A stretch of 64,000 bases of DNA, taken from assembly GCA_963677495.2 (NCBI GenBank), contig CAXXOU010000003.1:128001-192000 (forward strand), given 5' to 3'. The notes below the pieces were generated by a model, which saw only the letters and a list, made by a program, of their open reading frames with translations, ran no database searches and had not been told where the DNA came from. This DNA comes from Candidatus Cloacimonadales bacterium (GTDB lineage: Bacteria > Cloacimonadota > Cloacimonadia > Cloacimonadales > JAFGVF01). Positions 38,817 to 50,108 of this stretch are shown here, piece by piece; the stretch's first letter is position 1; each line of letters starts with the position of its first letter. A program made the translations under genes and the position numbers.

Positions 38817-40158
38817 TTTCGAGAATGCTCCACCATGGAGACTCCTTTTAAAGTACTCAATCCCATCCATAGTAGCATCAAGTGTACAAGCTATTTATAA
38901 TATTGTTGATAGAATCTATATCGGGAAAGCACTCGGAACAGATGCACTTGCCGGTTTAACTCTGACTTTCCCTATCTTCATTCTATCGATTGCAATTGGC
39001 GTACTGCTTGGTAATGGTTCTTCATCAATTATCTCTATCAGATTAGGTGAGAAGAATAAGGAATCTGCAGAACAGACTTTGGGTAATACCTTCGGCCTCT
39101 TCGGGATTTTTGGCATAATAGTTTCGGTCTTGGGTGTTATCTTCATAAAACCGCTTTTAACGCTTGTTGGTGCAACAGAAGTGACAATGCCTTATGCCTA
39201 CAATTATCTGATCTGGTTCTTACCATTCATGATGTTTGACTTTATGGCAATGGGAACGAACGGTTGTATCAGAAGTGAGGGAAACCCTAACTTAGCTATG
39301 AAGATAGCAGTTACAGGTGCTTTAATCAATATTGTCCTTGATCCTATCTTCCTTTTTGGTTTCAACATGGGTGTAAAAGGTGTAGCCATAGCTACGGCAA
39401 TTGCCAGAATCTATACTGCCGGAAGCGTGATTTACCACTTTACTCTAAGCAAGAATCACTACTTAAAACTCAAAAGAGTTAATCTATTTCCAAAGTGGCA
39501 TATCGTAAAACCGATGCTAGCTATCGGAGTATCTCCCTTCAGTATGAATCTAGCTACTACATTGGTAGCAGTGTTTACTAATAGAGCATTACTTGCACAT
39601 GGAAATGACGTAGCACTTGGAGCATTAGGAGCAATCCAAAGTATCTTTATCATGATAGAGACACCACTTCGTGGCCTAATGATGGCAGGTCAGCCCATTA
39701 TCGGATTCAACTACGGTGCAAAAGTTTATGACAGAGTTAAGAAGACATTGCAGGTTTCATACCTATACTCTTTAGTAATCTCAAGCATCGGGTTTTTTGT
39801 TATTTTCATATTCGGAAGGTTCATGGTTTCACTCTTCAGTAAGGGTGATTCAAACCTAATTGATATTGGTTATAATGGCCTGCGAATCTACATGCTGATG
39901 ATACCACTTGTTGGGCTTCACATGATGTCAGTCATGTACTTTCAGGCTATAAATAAGCCGGCAAAAGCGATCATACTCAACCTGCTGAGAAAAGTAATCA
40001 TATATCTGCCACTTCTCGCGATATTGCCACGTTATTTTGGTTTAAACGGGGTATGGGGAACTGTACCTGTATCTGATTTTTTAGCAACGGTAGTAGCACT
40101 TGCATTTATCTATAATGAGTTTAAATCAGAGAAGATGGATTTGAGTCTTGCCGGATAG
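38800..40158 (+). CDS. MATE-family efflux transporter (MepA-like)
   Basis: YNIVDRIYIG, RSEGNP, NIVLDPIF, QPIIGFNYGAK. Confidence 0.93.
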   Translation: MTAMNDFENAPPWRLLLKYSIPSIVASSVQAIYNIVDRIYIGKALGTDALAGLTLTFPIFILSIAIGVLLGNGSSSIISIRLGEKNKESAEQTLGNTFGLFGIFGIIVSVLGVIFIKPLLTLVGATEVTMPYAYNYLIWFLPFMMFDFMAMGTNGCIRSEGNPNLAMKIAVTGALINIVLDPIFLFGFNMGVKGVAIATAIARIYTAGSVIYHFTLSKNHYLKLKRVNLFPKWHIVKPMLAIGVSPFSMNLATTLVAVFTNRALLAHGNDVALGALGAIQSIFIMIETPLRGLMMAGQPIIGFNYGAKVYDRVKKTLQVSYLYSLVISSIGFFVIFIFGRFMVSLFSKGDSNLIDIGYNGLRIYMLMIPLVGLHMMSVMYFQAINKPAKAIILNLLRKVIIYLPLLAILPRYFGLNGVWGTVPVSDFLATVVALAFIYNEFKSEKMDLSLAG

Positions 40159-40162
40159 ACAA

Positions 40163-40834
40163 TTAAAACATAAATGTTGCCTTTAGGAAAGGAATGAGGA
40201 TAAGATCTGAGTCACTCAAATCCTTAACAGGTCTTATTCCTCCTAAATCCCAACTTATGTTTTTACCTTTGAGTCGTACTCCCATGAATAGGGCCGTTTC
40301 TGACTCACTGGAATCCAGCTCAAAATAGCTATCTAATTCTGCAATAAGCGAAACTCGTTTGCTGACATCTGCTTTACCGCCAATCATGGTAATTAAGTTA
40401 TCAACATCATCCTTTCTGGAGTGGATGTAGCCGGTCCCTAAATGTAACGAGTAGTTGTTCTTACTTAAGGAAATAACGCTTCCAACCGACAGGACTTGAT
40501 GCACAATCGTATATGAGCCCCAGAAAGCCGATTCAATGGAGTTAAGCTTTACAAAGTTCTGCTTGAACCCTAGTGAGAATGATTCAAGTGCTTCTGTATT
40601 AATAGGGAAGATAGTTCCGGCACTCAAGTGAGTTCTATTTGTGATTGCATAGCTATATTGAATAATAGCTACTTCCACATCTGTTATCGCATGCATACCT
40701 TGTGGCATAGTAAATGCGGTTGGCATTACAAACAAAGATTGGTCAGCAGGATGAAAGGGAATTTTCTCATCTTGAGTTTGAGCACATAGTCCCATAGAGG
40801 TTATAATCATCAGTAACAAGAACAGTCTTTTCAT
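40163..40834 (-). CDS. hypothetical exported / outer-membrane protein
   Basis: Signal peptide from MKRLFLLL (ATG 40834), amphipathic strands, C-terminal F. Confidence 0.65.
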   Translation of the reverse strand: MKRLFLLLMIITSMGLCAQTQDEKIPFHPADQSLFVMPTAFTMPQGMHAITDVEVAIIQYSYAITNRTHLSAGTIFPINTEALESFSLGFKQNFVKLNSIESAFWGSYTIVHQVLSVGSVISLSKNNYSLHLGTGYIHSRKDDVDNLITMIGGKADVSKRVSLIAELDSYFELDSSESETALFMGVRLKGKNISWDLGGIRPVKDLSDSDLILIPFLKATFMF

Positions 40835-40892
40835 AAGTAAACTCCAATACCAAAAATGAAACACAACAAACTTGATTGTCAATAGATATGTG

Positions 40893-40920
40893 AAAAGCCT
40901 GCCGAATATACGGCAGGCTT
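40893..40920 (-). terminator. rho-independent terminator
   Basis: aagcctgccg...cggcaggctt. Confidence 0.75.
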
Positions 40921-40939
40921 CATAAGTTTATATCAGTTT

Positions 40940-43521
40940 TTACTTCATTAATATCATCTTCTTAGCATCACTGTGAGTGTCTGTATCTAAACGATAGAAA
41001 TAAACACCTGAAGCAACAGCATTGCCATTATAATCATTGCCTTTCCAAACAACGCTATGCTCTCCTTTTGTATAAACATCGTTTGTAATGGTGTTCACAC
41101 GTTCACCCTTGATGTTATAGATAGAAATTGTAGCGTTCTCACTGTCATTGGCAATAGTGAAACTGATAGTTGTTTCAGGATTGAATGGATTTGGATAGTT
41201 TCCATGCAATGCTGTTTTTACTAATGCAGGTTGATAGTCATCATCGTTGCCCTGAATATCCATACTAAGTACATTGCTATGTTCTGTTTCAAAAGTATCA
41301 TTGAATGCAGTTATCGTAATATCAATAGTTTCCCTAACCGGCATTGGAGCGAAATAGCTTCTTTCAGAGAAATCAATCTCTTCTATAGGTATGCCATTAA
41401 CATAGATTCTATAACCAGTGAACACCTCACCCATGTTCCCGGGAGCATTCCAGTTTAATAAGTAATCGTCGTTGATTCTAAGTTCCCAAGGTCTATCTTG
41501 AGCATACATCACCTCGTAATACCAGATGTTACCATCAACAAGTGGGAAGGATGTACCGTCTGGTGTTAGAGTTGCATCAATAACATCATAACCCATTACA
41601 AAGTAGTCGTTTTCATACATCATCATTCTTGCCATACCGAAATCAGGAACGAGGAAGTATTCTTGAGTCATTGGTCCAAACTGAGTAACGGTTACTTCTG
41701 CAGTTTGAGTTGCATCAATAACTTCTATAATATCATATCTTTCCATTGTAGCATCAACATACATTGCACCCATATCTGAGTCATAATATTCAATCATCTG
41801 CCAAGTATCATTCAATGATGCATTCATGGTTTTAAAGAAGTATCTATCTGGAGTATTGTATTCAAGATAGTTCCAACTATCATTCATCCATACTTGCTCA
41901 CCTGCTACTGACATAAAATCACCATTTTGATAGTAGTATTGATAATATGGATCTGCAACATAATCAAATCCCGAGATAAGTTTATTAGCAGGAACAGAGA
42001 ACTCGTTTGATTGCTCTCCAATAGCTAAGAATGGTGGCATAAACTCATCTTCAATATCAATGTTAAAGCTGAGCGTTGTCATACCATCTTCAACTGCTAC
42101 AATTGTTGGTTCCATTTGAGTACCATAAACGCCTAATCCAACAGTATTATAAAAACTATCAAAAGCACGTCCTACAATATAGTAAGAACCGTCAGCTAAA
42201 TCAGTAATTTCAAACTCTCCTGTTTGAGAAACCATCACTATTTCTTCTTCATTATTTTCATCAAGTGGGATAATTTGGAGAAATGCAGAATCCCATGTAC
42301 CTTCTGCAAGGAAAACATTAACCCAGATCTCCATCTGAGGAGCATCGTTAGAAGCAATAGGGTCAAATACAACAACAGATACACCGGCTGTATCATTACC
42401 ATCAGTGATAGTGTTAGCAATTTCAACTGGGTCTTCAGATGTCCAGAAGTTGTTCTGAGCCATAATCTGTCCGCCACTGTTCTGATTTACATAGATTGAG
42501 TTGTTATTTCCGTTCATATCTATGTTATCACCGAATGTGTTCATACCTTGTGGTGTGTTTATGGTAATATCACCAAAGTTAGGAAAGCACCGGCCATGAT
42601 ATAGGCACCTGTGAAGTTGCCTTCAAAAGTATTACCAAAAATCGTTGGAGTTGCTCTACCACCATAACACATAACACCGGCACCTGAATTAGCATCACCT
42701 TCGATGAAGTTATCACAGATGTAGTTCTCGTTCAGAATCCCACCTGCATTATAGAAGTATACTCCGGTAAGGTTATTAGTAATTGTGTTACCGAGGATAG
42801 ATGGGTTGATAGTTACATTTCCGAACATATCAACACATGTGATGCCCTGTTTGTGATTATCATGTATATAGTTATCATTAATGTTTGGCTCGCATACAGC
42901 ACCACCGGTTTGAGCACTAATCTGGATTGCCCCACGATACTGAGCACCGGTTCCGTTGAATCTTATCTCATTATCATGAATTGTCACGTTGCTGTTTTCA
43001 GTAAGCTCAATACCACTCATAATAGAATGCTCAATAGTGTTTCCTGTAATGTTGATTTCGGCTGGAGTTATTGCTCCAATCGCAAAGATATCAATACCTG
43101 TTTCATTGTAGCTAAATATACAATTATTTACTTGTAATGGTGAGTTAATTGAGTGTAAAGCACTCTCAGCACCTTCGATTGAACAGAACTGGAAAGTGTT
43201 ATGAAAACCTGTTCCCTCTTTCTCAAGTCTTATTCCACCCCAAAGGTCGGTAAAATTTGGGGCTCTTGTAATAGTTACAGGTGCAGGTTCTGTTCCTATA
43301 ATGTTTAGCAGTCCTTCAGCAGTTATCTGGTAAGCGCCATTCACGATAATTTGTACACCGGATTCAATATCAAGAGTCTGATCCTGTGGTACTGTGATAT
43401 CTCCAGTCACTTCATAAGGGTTGTTATCAGAAGTCCAGACACCACTCTGTGTTCCCGATACTTGAATAGCTATCAATGGAATAGCCATCAAACATAAAAA
43501 TAAACCAATAAACCTTTTCAT
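40940..43521 (-). pseudogene. secreted parallel beta-helix protein with FlgD-like CTD, split by a 1-nt frameshift (possible sequencing error)
   Basis: ORF 42559-43521 (signal peptide, beta-helix repeats) joins ORF 40940-42544 if one base is added near 42584: GA-x-PNFGDITINTPQG-MNTFG; CTD GNYPNPFNPET. Confidence 0.85.
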
Positions 43522-43682
43522 CTCTTATCTCCACTAATTTTTAATGTTGCGGTTAAGCAGGTGAACAATCTAATCAAGTCAAGCAAAAATGAATTCACTT
43601 CGCTTTTGAAATCTCATTAATATATACTTGATTATCACTTAAGTATTAGTCAATAAATTTCCAATCCAAAGTAAGCTTCCTA

Positions 43683-43826
43683 TCATTGCTCTATCATAAT
43701 AATCGTTTCGAAGGGCTTCTTCTCTACTCAGTTTCATGTCACTTTCTTGTCTACCGCCCCAGGTTTTGCCCAAGAGACTCATGGAAATCGAATGAGCTTC
43801 TGTGCTTTATTATGATAGAGCAGTGA
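43683..43826. repeat. MITE-like element with 20 bp terminal inverted repeats
   Basis: tcattgctctatcataataa vs ttattatgatagagcagtga (19/20 match). Confidence 0.6.
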
Positions 43827-44182
43827 AACCAACATAGCATCCTGCTCATTTTCACCTTTTACTACACAATCGCTCCACGTTAGAAACACGTTACAAGAGA
43901 TGGGAATTGGATTAGAATTAGATGATTAAAAGATGCAAAATCTATTTCCTTTAAAAGTGGGCACTTTCATGTTAGTAAAAAAGGCAAATAGAGCAACCCT
44001 AGCATGGATTTAACACGAATTTTGTGGTTCAACATATCATTGTAGCCAAGCAGGATACTAGTTGATTTGAAGAGTCAAATACGGCTCTTTGTGAGTTTAC
44101 AGGTAATTGAGTCAGCGCACTATGTTGTTAATTCTCTTGACACTATTACAACATATATCTCATAAATTTGTTGGAGGTAAAC

Positions 44183-45844
44183 ATGATTTTTAAGAGAGAA
44201 TTGTTAGTTGTAATTATTGTTCTATTAGCAGGACAGCTTCTAGGACTTGATAATATATATTTTAATGCTTCTAGAGCTAGTAACTATTTAAGCATTCCAT
44301 CCTATGTTAGTGGTAATGATGAAGTAGTTCATCCAGACGTGGTCTATGTCCCTGAAGGATGGAACGGATATAGTTATTGGATGGCTTACACACCATTCCC
44401 TGATTCTGCCCCTGAATATGAGAACCCCTCTATTGTGGTTTCAAATGATGGTATAAACTGGAGCGTACCTGCGGGACTTACCAATCCGGTAGTTGAGCCA
44501 TTTGATTCAGGATTTGACCCAAACAATTACTATCACTCAGATTCAGATTTGATATTATCTCCTGATGGGTTAACAATGTATCTATGCTGGCGTAATCATT
44601 ATGGATGGAACGCAGAATACTTCAGTGTCATGACCTCAACTGATGGTATCAATTGGACAGAACCCGTATACCCATTCTTTACATTAAGTACAGATGGAGA
44701 AAGGATTTTATCTCCTGCCCTTATCTATAATGGTTCAGAATATGAGCTGTATACTGTAAACTCAAAATCTTCACCTAGAACATATTATAGAAGAACTGCT
44801 ACATCTCCAACTGGCACTTGGAGTGCCCCTGTTGAGGTAGAGTTTCTATTGAATGACGGAATTGATTGGATAGACCCTGATACTTATGTAGGCAACATCG
44901 CTGATGCATATCAGATTTGGCATCTGGATATTTTGTTTGAGAACAATGAATACTGGTGTATTGCCTCAGTAGGTGGTGCATCCCAGACAAGAGGTGGACA
45001 GCTTTGGATAGCTAAGTCTGTAGATGGGATCAATTGGGTTTATGATAACAACCCACTCCTAGATTATCAAGAATCAGGTTGGGATAAGTATATTTACCGA
45101 TCTTGTGCTATACCAGACTATGATGGTGAAACAATGAATTTAAAGATTTGGTACTCTTCAGATGGTGGTACAGGAGCAGATAATCTTGAATGGCACATAG
45201 GATATACAGAAGCACAGGTTCCTGGGTCAGAGACTCTATCTGTTCAGTATAGTAGTATGTCAGCAGTTATTAACAGTTGGAGTGATACTGCTGAGATAAA
45301 GTGGCAAACCGCTTCTGAATACAATATGAATCATTATAACATTTACTCCTCAGAGAATGATAACTCATTAACTATGATAAAACGGAATGGTGCTCCTATT
45401 GCTGCTCTTAATCTGCCAACATGCTATAGTTTTACTGATGAATCAGTTCACGATGATTCGCTTTATTATTGGATAGAGTCTGTTAGTTTAGATGGCGAAT
45501 GTGAGTATTCCCCTCCATTACTTGCAAAGAGAAATGATTCTGAAAGCAGTGATGAACAAGTAGATAGTAATCCGGGCATATACAACAATATTAATGTATA
45601 CCCAAATCCTTTCAATCCATCAACTACAGTTAGCTTTATGCTAGAGAATGAAGAGATGGTGGCATTAGAGTTATTTGATGTTAAGGGTAGTTTAGTTTTC
45701 AATACTCCAGAGAGCAAGTTTCGAGCAGGTAGAAACTCTTTTGAAATATCTTTGTCAGGAAAGAATATTGCATCAGGAATCTATTTCTGTAAACTAAAAA
45801 AGCATAGTGGTAATTTACTAAAGAAAATTGCATTATTAAAATAA
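44183..45844 (+). CDS. secreted putative beta-propeller glycoside hydrolase-like protein with FlgD-like CTD
   Basis: HPDV, YWMAYTP, ENP, repeated S.DG.NW; YPNPFNPST CTD; ATG 44183 after GGAGG. Confidence 0.75.
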   Translation: MIFKRELLVVIIVLLAGQLLGLDNIYFNASRASNYLSIPSYVSGNDEVVHPDVVYVPEGWNGYSYWMAYTPFPDSAPEYENPSIVVSNDGINWSVPAGLTNPVVEPFDSGFDPNNYYHSDSDLILSPDGLTMYLCWRNHYGWNAEYFSVMTSTDGINWTEPVYPFFTLSTDGERILSPALIYNGSEYELYTVNSKSSPRTYYRRTATSPTGTWSAPVEVEFLLNDGIDWIDPDTYVGNIADAYQIWHLDILFENNEYWCIASVGGASQTRGGQLWIAKSVDGINWVYDNNPLLDYQESGWDKYIYRSCAIPDYDGETMNLKIWYSSDGGTGADNLEWHIGYTEAQVPGSETLSVQYSSMSAVINSWSDTAEIKWQTASEYNMNHYNIYSSENDNSLTMIKRNGAPIAALNLPTCYSFTDESVHDDSLYYWIESVSLDGECEYSPPLLAKRNDSESSDEQVDSNPGIYNNINVYPNPFNPSTTVSFMLENEEMVALELFDVKGSLVFNTPESKFRAGRNSFEISLSGKNIASGIYFCKLKKHSGNLLKKIALLK

Positions 45845-45886
45845 TACTAACAGGAGTCAGCTCAGGAAGTTGGCTCCTTTTCTATT

Positions 45887-46300
45887 CTAATTTAAATGTC
45901 CCCAATCCCCTGTAAGCCTGAGTATAATAAAAAGTACAAGTACAAATAGTATGGGTGTAAAAGCCACAATCAGAGTAAAACTATTTAAGATAAGCCCTTT
46001 TATAATAATATCAAGTACAGCAAACAGTAAAATAAGCCAAAATCCTAATTTCTTATTATTAATCATAAACAATAAAGAACTGCAATAACCAAGCTCAATT
46101 ACTAATCCCAAGAGATTAAAATCACCTCTAAAGTAAACTGAAGCTGCAAAAATATTTACTGGGAGCTTAGAGAAAATACCAGTCCACCTGAGAACTGTCA
46201 AAATGCAAAAGAAGAGAAAATAATAAAAAAGAAAGCAGGTAAAAGAGCTCTTATGGTATCCGGTAGTTATATTTGCAGATATGTTACGATTGTACTTCAC
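45887..46300 (-). CDS. hypothetical membrane protein
   Basis: About 4 hydrophobic segments; overlaps kinase stop. Confidence 0.55.
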   Translation of the reverse strand: MKYNRNISANITTGYHKSSFTCFLFYYFLFFCILTVLRWTGIFSKLPVNIFAASVYFRGDFNLLGLVIELGYCSSLLFMINNKKLGFWLILLFAVLDIIIKGLILNSFTLIVAFTPILFVLVLFIILRLTGDWGHLN

Positions 46301-48167
46301 ATTGCCTCTCTTTTAACACTTTGTCAATTGTCTTTGCTATCTGATTATGTTTACACGGCTTGAAAAGTATAGCATTAAAATATTCCAGTATATAATTCTC
46401 CTCAGGATTAATCGAAGCAGTAATGCAGATAATTGGAGTGTCCTCACATTTTTTATTCTTCCGCACTTTTTGGGATAGCTCAGAACCATTAATGTCCGGC
46501 ATTCTTAAATCAAAACAGAAAAGATCGTAATGATTTGTTTCAATCAAAGCAAGTGCATCTTTTGCTGATTCAGCATCATGTACTTCTAACTTCATCTTCT
46601 CAAGTTGCTTTCTGAGTACTTTTCTATTTATCAGTATATCATCAACTACAAGCACTACTTTACCTTGAAAATCCCATCCTTCTAAGTCTACTATTGGAGT
46701 CTGACGCCTCTGTTGTGAAAAATCACCGACTCTAATTTTCGGTAAGAGTATAGTAAACGTAGTACCTAAATTAAGTTTACTCGAAACCGAAATAGTACCA
46801 CCATTCCCCTCAACAATCCGTTTGGTAATTGCCAATCCCAGGCCTGTACCCTTTTCTGAACTTGATCTTCCATTTTTACTTTGAATAAATGGAATAAATA
46901 TATTTTCTAAATCTTCTTCGGGAATACCTACCCCTGAATCCTCTATAACTATTTTTAAATCACATAGGTCATCTGAATGCTTCTGACAGCTAAGTTTTAG
47001 ATTTATTGTACCATGGTCTGTAAACTTGATTGAATTGCCAATTAGATTAATAAGAACCTGCCTAATCTGTGCTTTATCTAAGTAAACAAGCTTGACAGCA
47101 TCAGGGAGAGATGTCTCGAAATGTATCTCTCTTGCATCAATCTTTTGCCAGAAAATTGTGTGCATCTCATCTAGCAACTCACTCATATCCACCAGAGTTT
47201 TATTACTCTTAAACCCACTCGATTCAAGTTGAGAGAAATCTAAAATCTCACTTACTAAATCTAATAATACATTTCCAGCTTGAGATATAGAGCTTACGAA
47301 TTGGCGATGCTCGGCTGAAATTATCTCATTTAACAAAATTTCACTCAGCCCTAATACTGCATTGATTGGAGTTCTTATCTCATGACTCATATTGGCAATG
47401 AAGGTTGATTTCATTCTATTTGCACTTTCAGCTTTATCCTTTGCTACAATCAGTTCCTTCTCAATCTCCTTACTATGCTCAATCTCGGCTAACAACTCTT
47501 TGTTACGCTTCTCAAGTTCTTCATTTTTCTGCTCAACCTTGTATGAGAGTACGTCATTTACACTATCAACAACATCTCCTCTTTCTCGTAGTTCTTTATT
47601 TAATGAGAAATTCCTTCTTAACGACAACTCATGATAATAGTTTGTCATCATTCCTATAATAACTGCACAAACATAGAAAGCATTAATTGTAAATATTGAT
47701 TCTGTTTCTACCTGAGACATTAAGTAGGAACCAATATTATAAAACATGATTAGAACAAGTCCGGCTATCGAAGAAAGCAAAAACCTTAATCGTATCAATA
47801 TAAATCCAGCTGAAAAGATTAACATCATTCCTAAAAGATAATGATGATTGAGAGGTAACTCAAATAGCATCAAACATATCCCTACTCCGGAAACCAGATA
47901 AGCTATAAGTAGTGTTAACTGCCATATTTTTATAAACCAGGAGGAGTAAGACATGATTATTACAGCTATAAATACAGGAATTACAATGCCGTACCTAATG
48001 AATGAGAAATATGTAAAATGCTCTTTAGCAACAAGGTAGTCAATAATACTGAACATGGAATAAAATATGATTAGGAAAGCAAATGTGTTTCTTACTTGCT
48101 TTATTGAGCTTTTATAATAGTGTTCTAAAAACTCTTTTTCCTTTTTTTTATCAAATTTCAGTGTCAT
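46284..48167 (-). CDS. membrane hybrid histidine kinase-response regulator
   Basis: About 6 TM, MSHEIRTP, NLIGNSIKFT, GTGLGL, receiver VDD...DLRMP. Confidence 0.94.
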   Translation of the reverse strand: MTLKFDKKKEKEFLEHYYKSSIKQVRNTFAFLIIFYSMFSIIDYLVAKEHFTYFSFIRYGIVIPVFIAVIIMSYSSWFIKIWQLTLLIAYLVSGVGICLMLFELPLNHHYLLGMMLIFSAGFILIRLRFLLSSIAGLVLIMFYNIGSYLMSQVETESIFTINAFYVCAVIIGMMTNYYHELSLRRNFSLNKELRERGDVVDSVNDVLSYKVEQKNEELEKRNKELLAEIEHSKEIEKELIVAKDKAESANRMKSTFIANMSHEIRTPINAVLGLSEILLNEIISAEHRQFVSSISQAGNVLLDLVSEILDFSQLESSGFKSNKTLVDMSELLDEMHTIFWQKIDAREIHFETSLPDAVKLVYLDKAQIRQVLINLIGNSIKFTDHGTINLKLSCQKHSDDLCDLKIVIEDSGVGIPEEDLENIFIPFIQSKNGRSSSEKGTGLGLAITKRIVEGNGGTISVSSKLNLGTTFTILLPKIRVGDFSQQRRQTPIVDLEGWDFQGKVVLVVDDILINRKVLRKQLEKMKLEVHDAESAKDALALIETNHYDLFCFDLRMPDINGSELSQKVRKNKKCEDTPIICITASINPEENYILEYFNAILFKPCKHNQIAKTIDKVLKERQCEVQS

Positions 48168-48373
48168 ATTACTGCCTGCTCGCTTCTAATTAAAATTGTA
48201 GTCCTTAACTTTAGTTTGGATTCTAAAATAGAATAACTAAATGTCAAGAATAATCGAAGAACTAACATTATAATTCTTTACATTGTAATATCTCCTCCAT
48301 CACGTAGATCTCCTAGTAAAAAAATATGAGAAACTACTTGCCACCAGTTATGTTCTACATAATTTGTCTATAT

Positions 48374-48390
48374 CCTACTAATCGGGTAGG
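48374..48390. promoter_or_regulatory. putative metal-responsive (CsoR/RcnR-like) operator CCTAC-N7-GTAGG
   Basis: Inverted repeat between TTGCCA promoter-like site and RBS of the HMA permease. Confidence 0.45.
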
Positions 48391-48411
48391 TTTTTATTAA
48401 GGAGTTTTAGA

Positions 48412-49683
48412 ATGAGTAAATTTAATGCTTTCTTCCCTGAGTTATGGTCAGTTTATCTGGATTTAGCACCATACCTCTTTATTGGTCTTGCTTTTGTTGG
48501 TATACTTCACCTGATAATTAAGGATGATTGGATAGGTAAGCAATTAGGCAACAACAAACTAAGTGCTGTATTAAAAGCAGCATTAGTAGGTGTTCCTATG
48601 CCTTTATGCTCCTGTGGTGTGATCCCTACTGCTCTACATATCAATAAAAAAGGTGCGTCACAAGGCGCCACAGTTTCATTCTTGATTTCAACCCCACAAA
48701 CCGGTATTGACAGCATCACCCCAACCATTGGCATGCTTGGCCCGGTTTTTGGAATATTCAGGCCGATTTGGGCATTTATATCTGGTATTGTAGGTGGTAT
48801 TGCAACAAATATATTTGTTAAGCAGCAACAGGTAAAGGCTCATGAACCTGTAACGACTAGTTGCTGTTCTAGTGGTAGCTGCTCTACAGATGCTAAAAAT
48901 GATAAGAAGAGTTTTAAAGAACTTATCAGATATGCTTTCGTGGAGTTTCTTGATGATATATCTCCACAACTAGTTGTTGGTATTATTCTTGCTGCGCTTA
49001 TTGCCCTTTTTGTTCCTGCTGACTTCTTTGAAACCTATGGAAAAGGGTTCACAGGAATGTTTTTGATTATCCTCTTTGGACTTCCCCTTTATGTTTGTGC
49101 TACAGGATCTATCCCAATTGCTATTTCACTGATGATGAAAGGTTTCTCTCCGGGAGCAGCATTTGTATTCCTCACAGTAGGACCTGCTACCAATATTGCC
49201 ACAATTTCCATGGTTATGAAGGCGTTGGGTGTAAAGATAATGATTATCTATTTAACATCAATTACTGTAACCGCGTTGATTGGTGGCTTTGTTTTGAATA
49301 GAGTACTTGAGATTATCAATGTTGATATGAACCTTATGTTAATGGAACATCATATGGGCGAAGTCGCAATCTGGAAATATGTTCTAACAGGAATATTCAG
49401 TATTGCACTACTGTTCTCACTCTTCAGACGTATGAGATGGATAAAGAAGGGGAAATCAGTACAGAAAGCCGAAGGGAAAGCAGAAGAGACTACTACTACA
49501 ATCAATGTTGATGGCATGACTTGTTCCCACTGCGTAAAGCATGTGAAAGATTCAATAGAAGAGATTGAAGGTGTTTTAAATGCTGATGTACGTCTAGCTG
49601 AAAAAATTGCTGTTGTTAAAGGCAAGTTTGATAGATCTAAAGTAGAAGCTGCGATTGTAAATGCAGGATATAAAGTAAAATAA
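48412..49683 (+). CDS. DUF318/ArsP-like permease fused to C-terminal HMA domain (Cu/Zn efflux-like)
   Basis: PLCSCGV, STPQTG, PLYVCATGS.P, GPATN; GMTCSHC. Confidence 0.9.
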   Translation: MSKFNAFFPELWSVYLDLAPYLFIGLAFVGILHLIIKDDWIGKQLGNNKLSAVLKAALVGVPMPLCSCGVIPTALHINKKGASQGATVSFLISTPQTGIDSITPTIGMLGPVFGIFRPIWAFISGIVGGIATNIFVKQQQVKAHEPVTTSCCSSGSCSTDAKNDKKSFKELIRYAFVEFLDDISPQLVVGIILAALIALFVPADFFETYGKGFTGMFLIILFGLPLYVCATGSIPIAISLMMKGFSPGAAFVFLTVGPATNIATISMVMKALGVKIMIIYLTSITVTALIGGFVLNRVLEIINVDMNLMLMEHHMGEVAIWKYVLTGIFSIALLFSLFRRMRWIKKGKSVQKAEGKAEETTTTINVDGMTCSHCVKHVKDSIEEIEGVLNADVRLAEKIAVVKGKFDRSKVEAAIVNAGYKVK

Positions 49684-49702
49684 TTACTACCCTCTCACAT
49701 AT

Positions 49703-49730
49703 AAAGGCAGGCTATACAGTCTGCCTTTTT
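49703..49730 (+). terminator. rho-independent terminator
   Basis: aaggcaggct-atac-agtctgccttttt. Confidence 0.75.
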
Positions 49731-49880
49731 CACTCTAAAGCACTTAGTTCCCTTATTGTTAAACAAACTGATTCCCATTAGATTATAATGCTGTCATCTT
49801 AATAGAAGTTGGATTAGAATTGAACTTTATCTATACTTTATCTAAACACATCCTCCCTTACGTCCCTTTACTTAATCCCA

Positions 49881-50027
49881 TCAAAACGCTAGAATCTCGC
49901 TAGTCCCACCCTTTAGCCTCCCTAGACCCTCCCTATGAAACCCTAAAGTTATCCACATCATGTGCATAACTTATTTAACGGTGCAAAGAAGTTCTTGATG
50001 CGATTAAGTAAAGAGAAGCAGTTGACG
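49881..50027 (+). repeat. dispersed ~147 bp repeat, copy 2
   Basis: Aligns by eye with 6455-6602. Confidence 0.9.
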
Positions 50028-50108
50028 AGGTAAGAATAATACAAGAATAATTGCAAAAAAAGCACAGTACCTGATTAGAGATACTGTGCAAAAGTGAGTT
50101 AATCTAGT

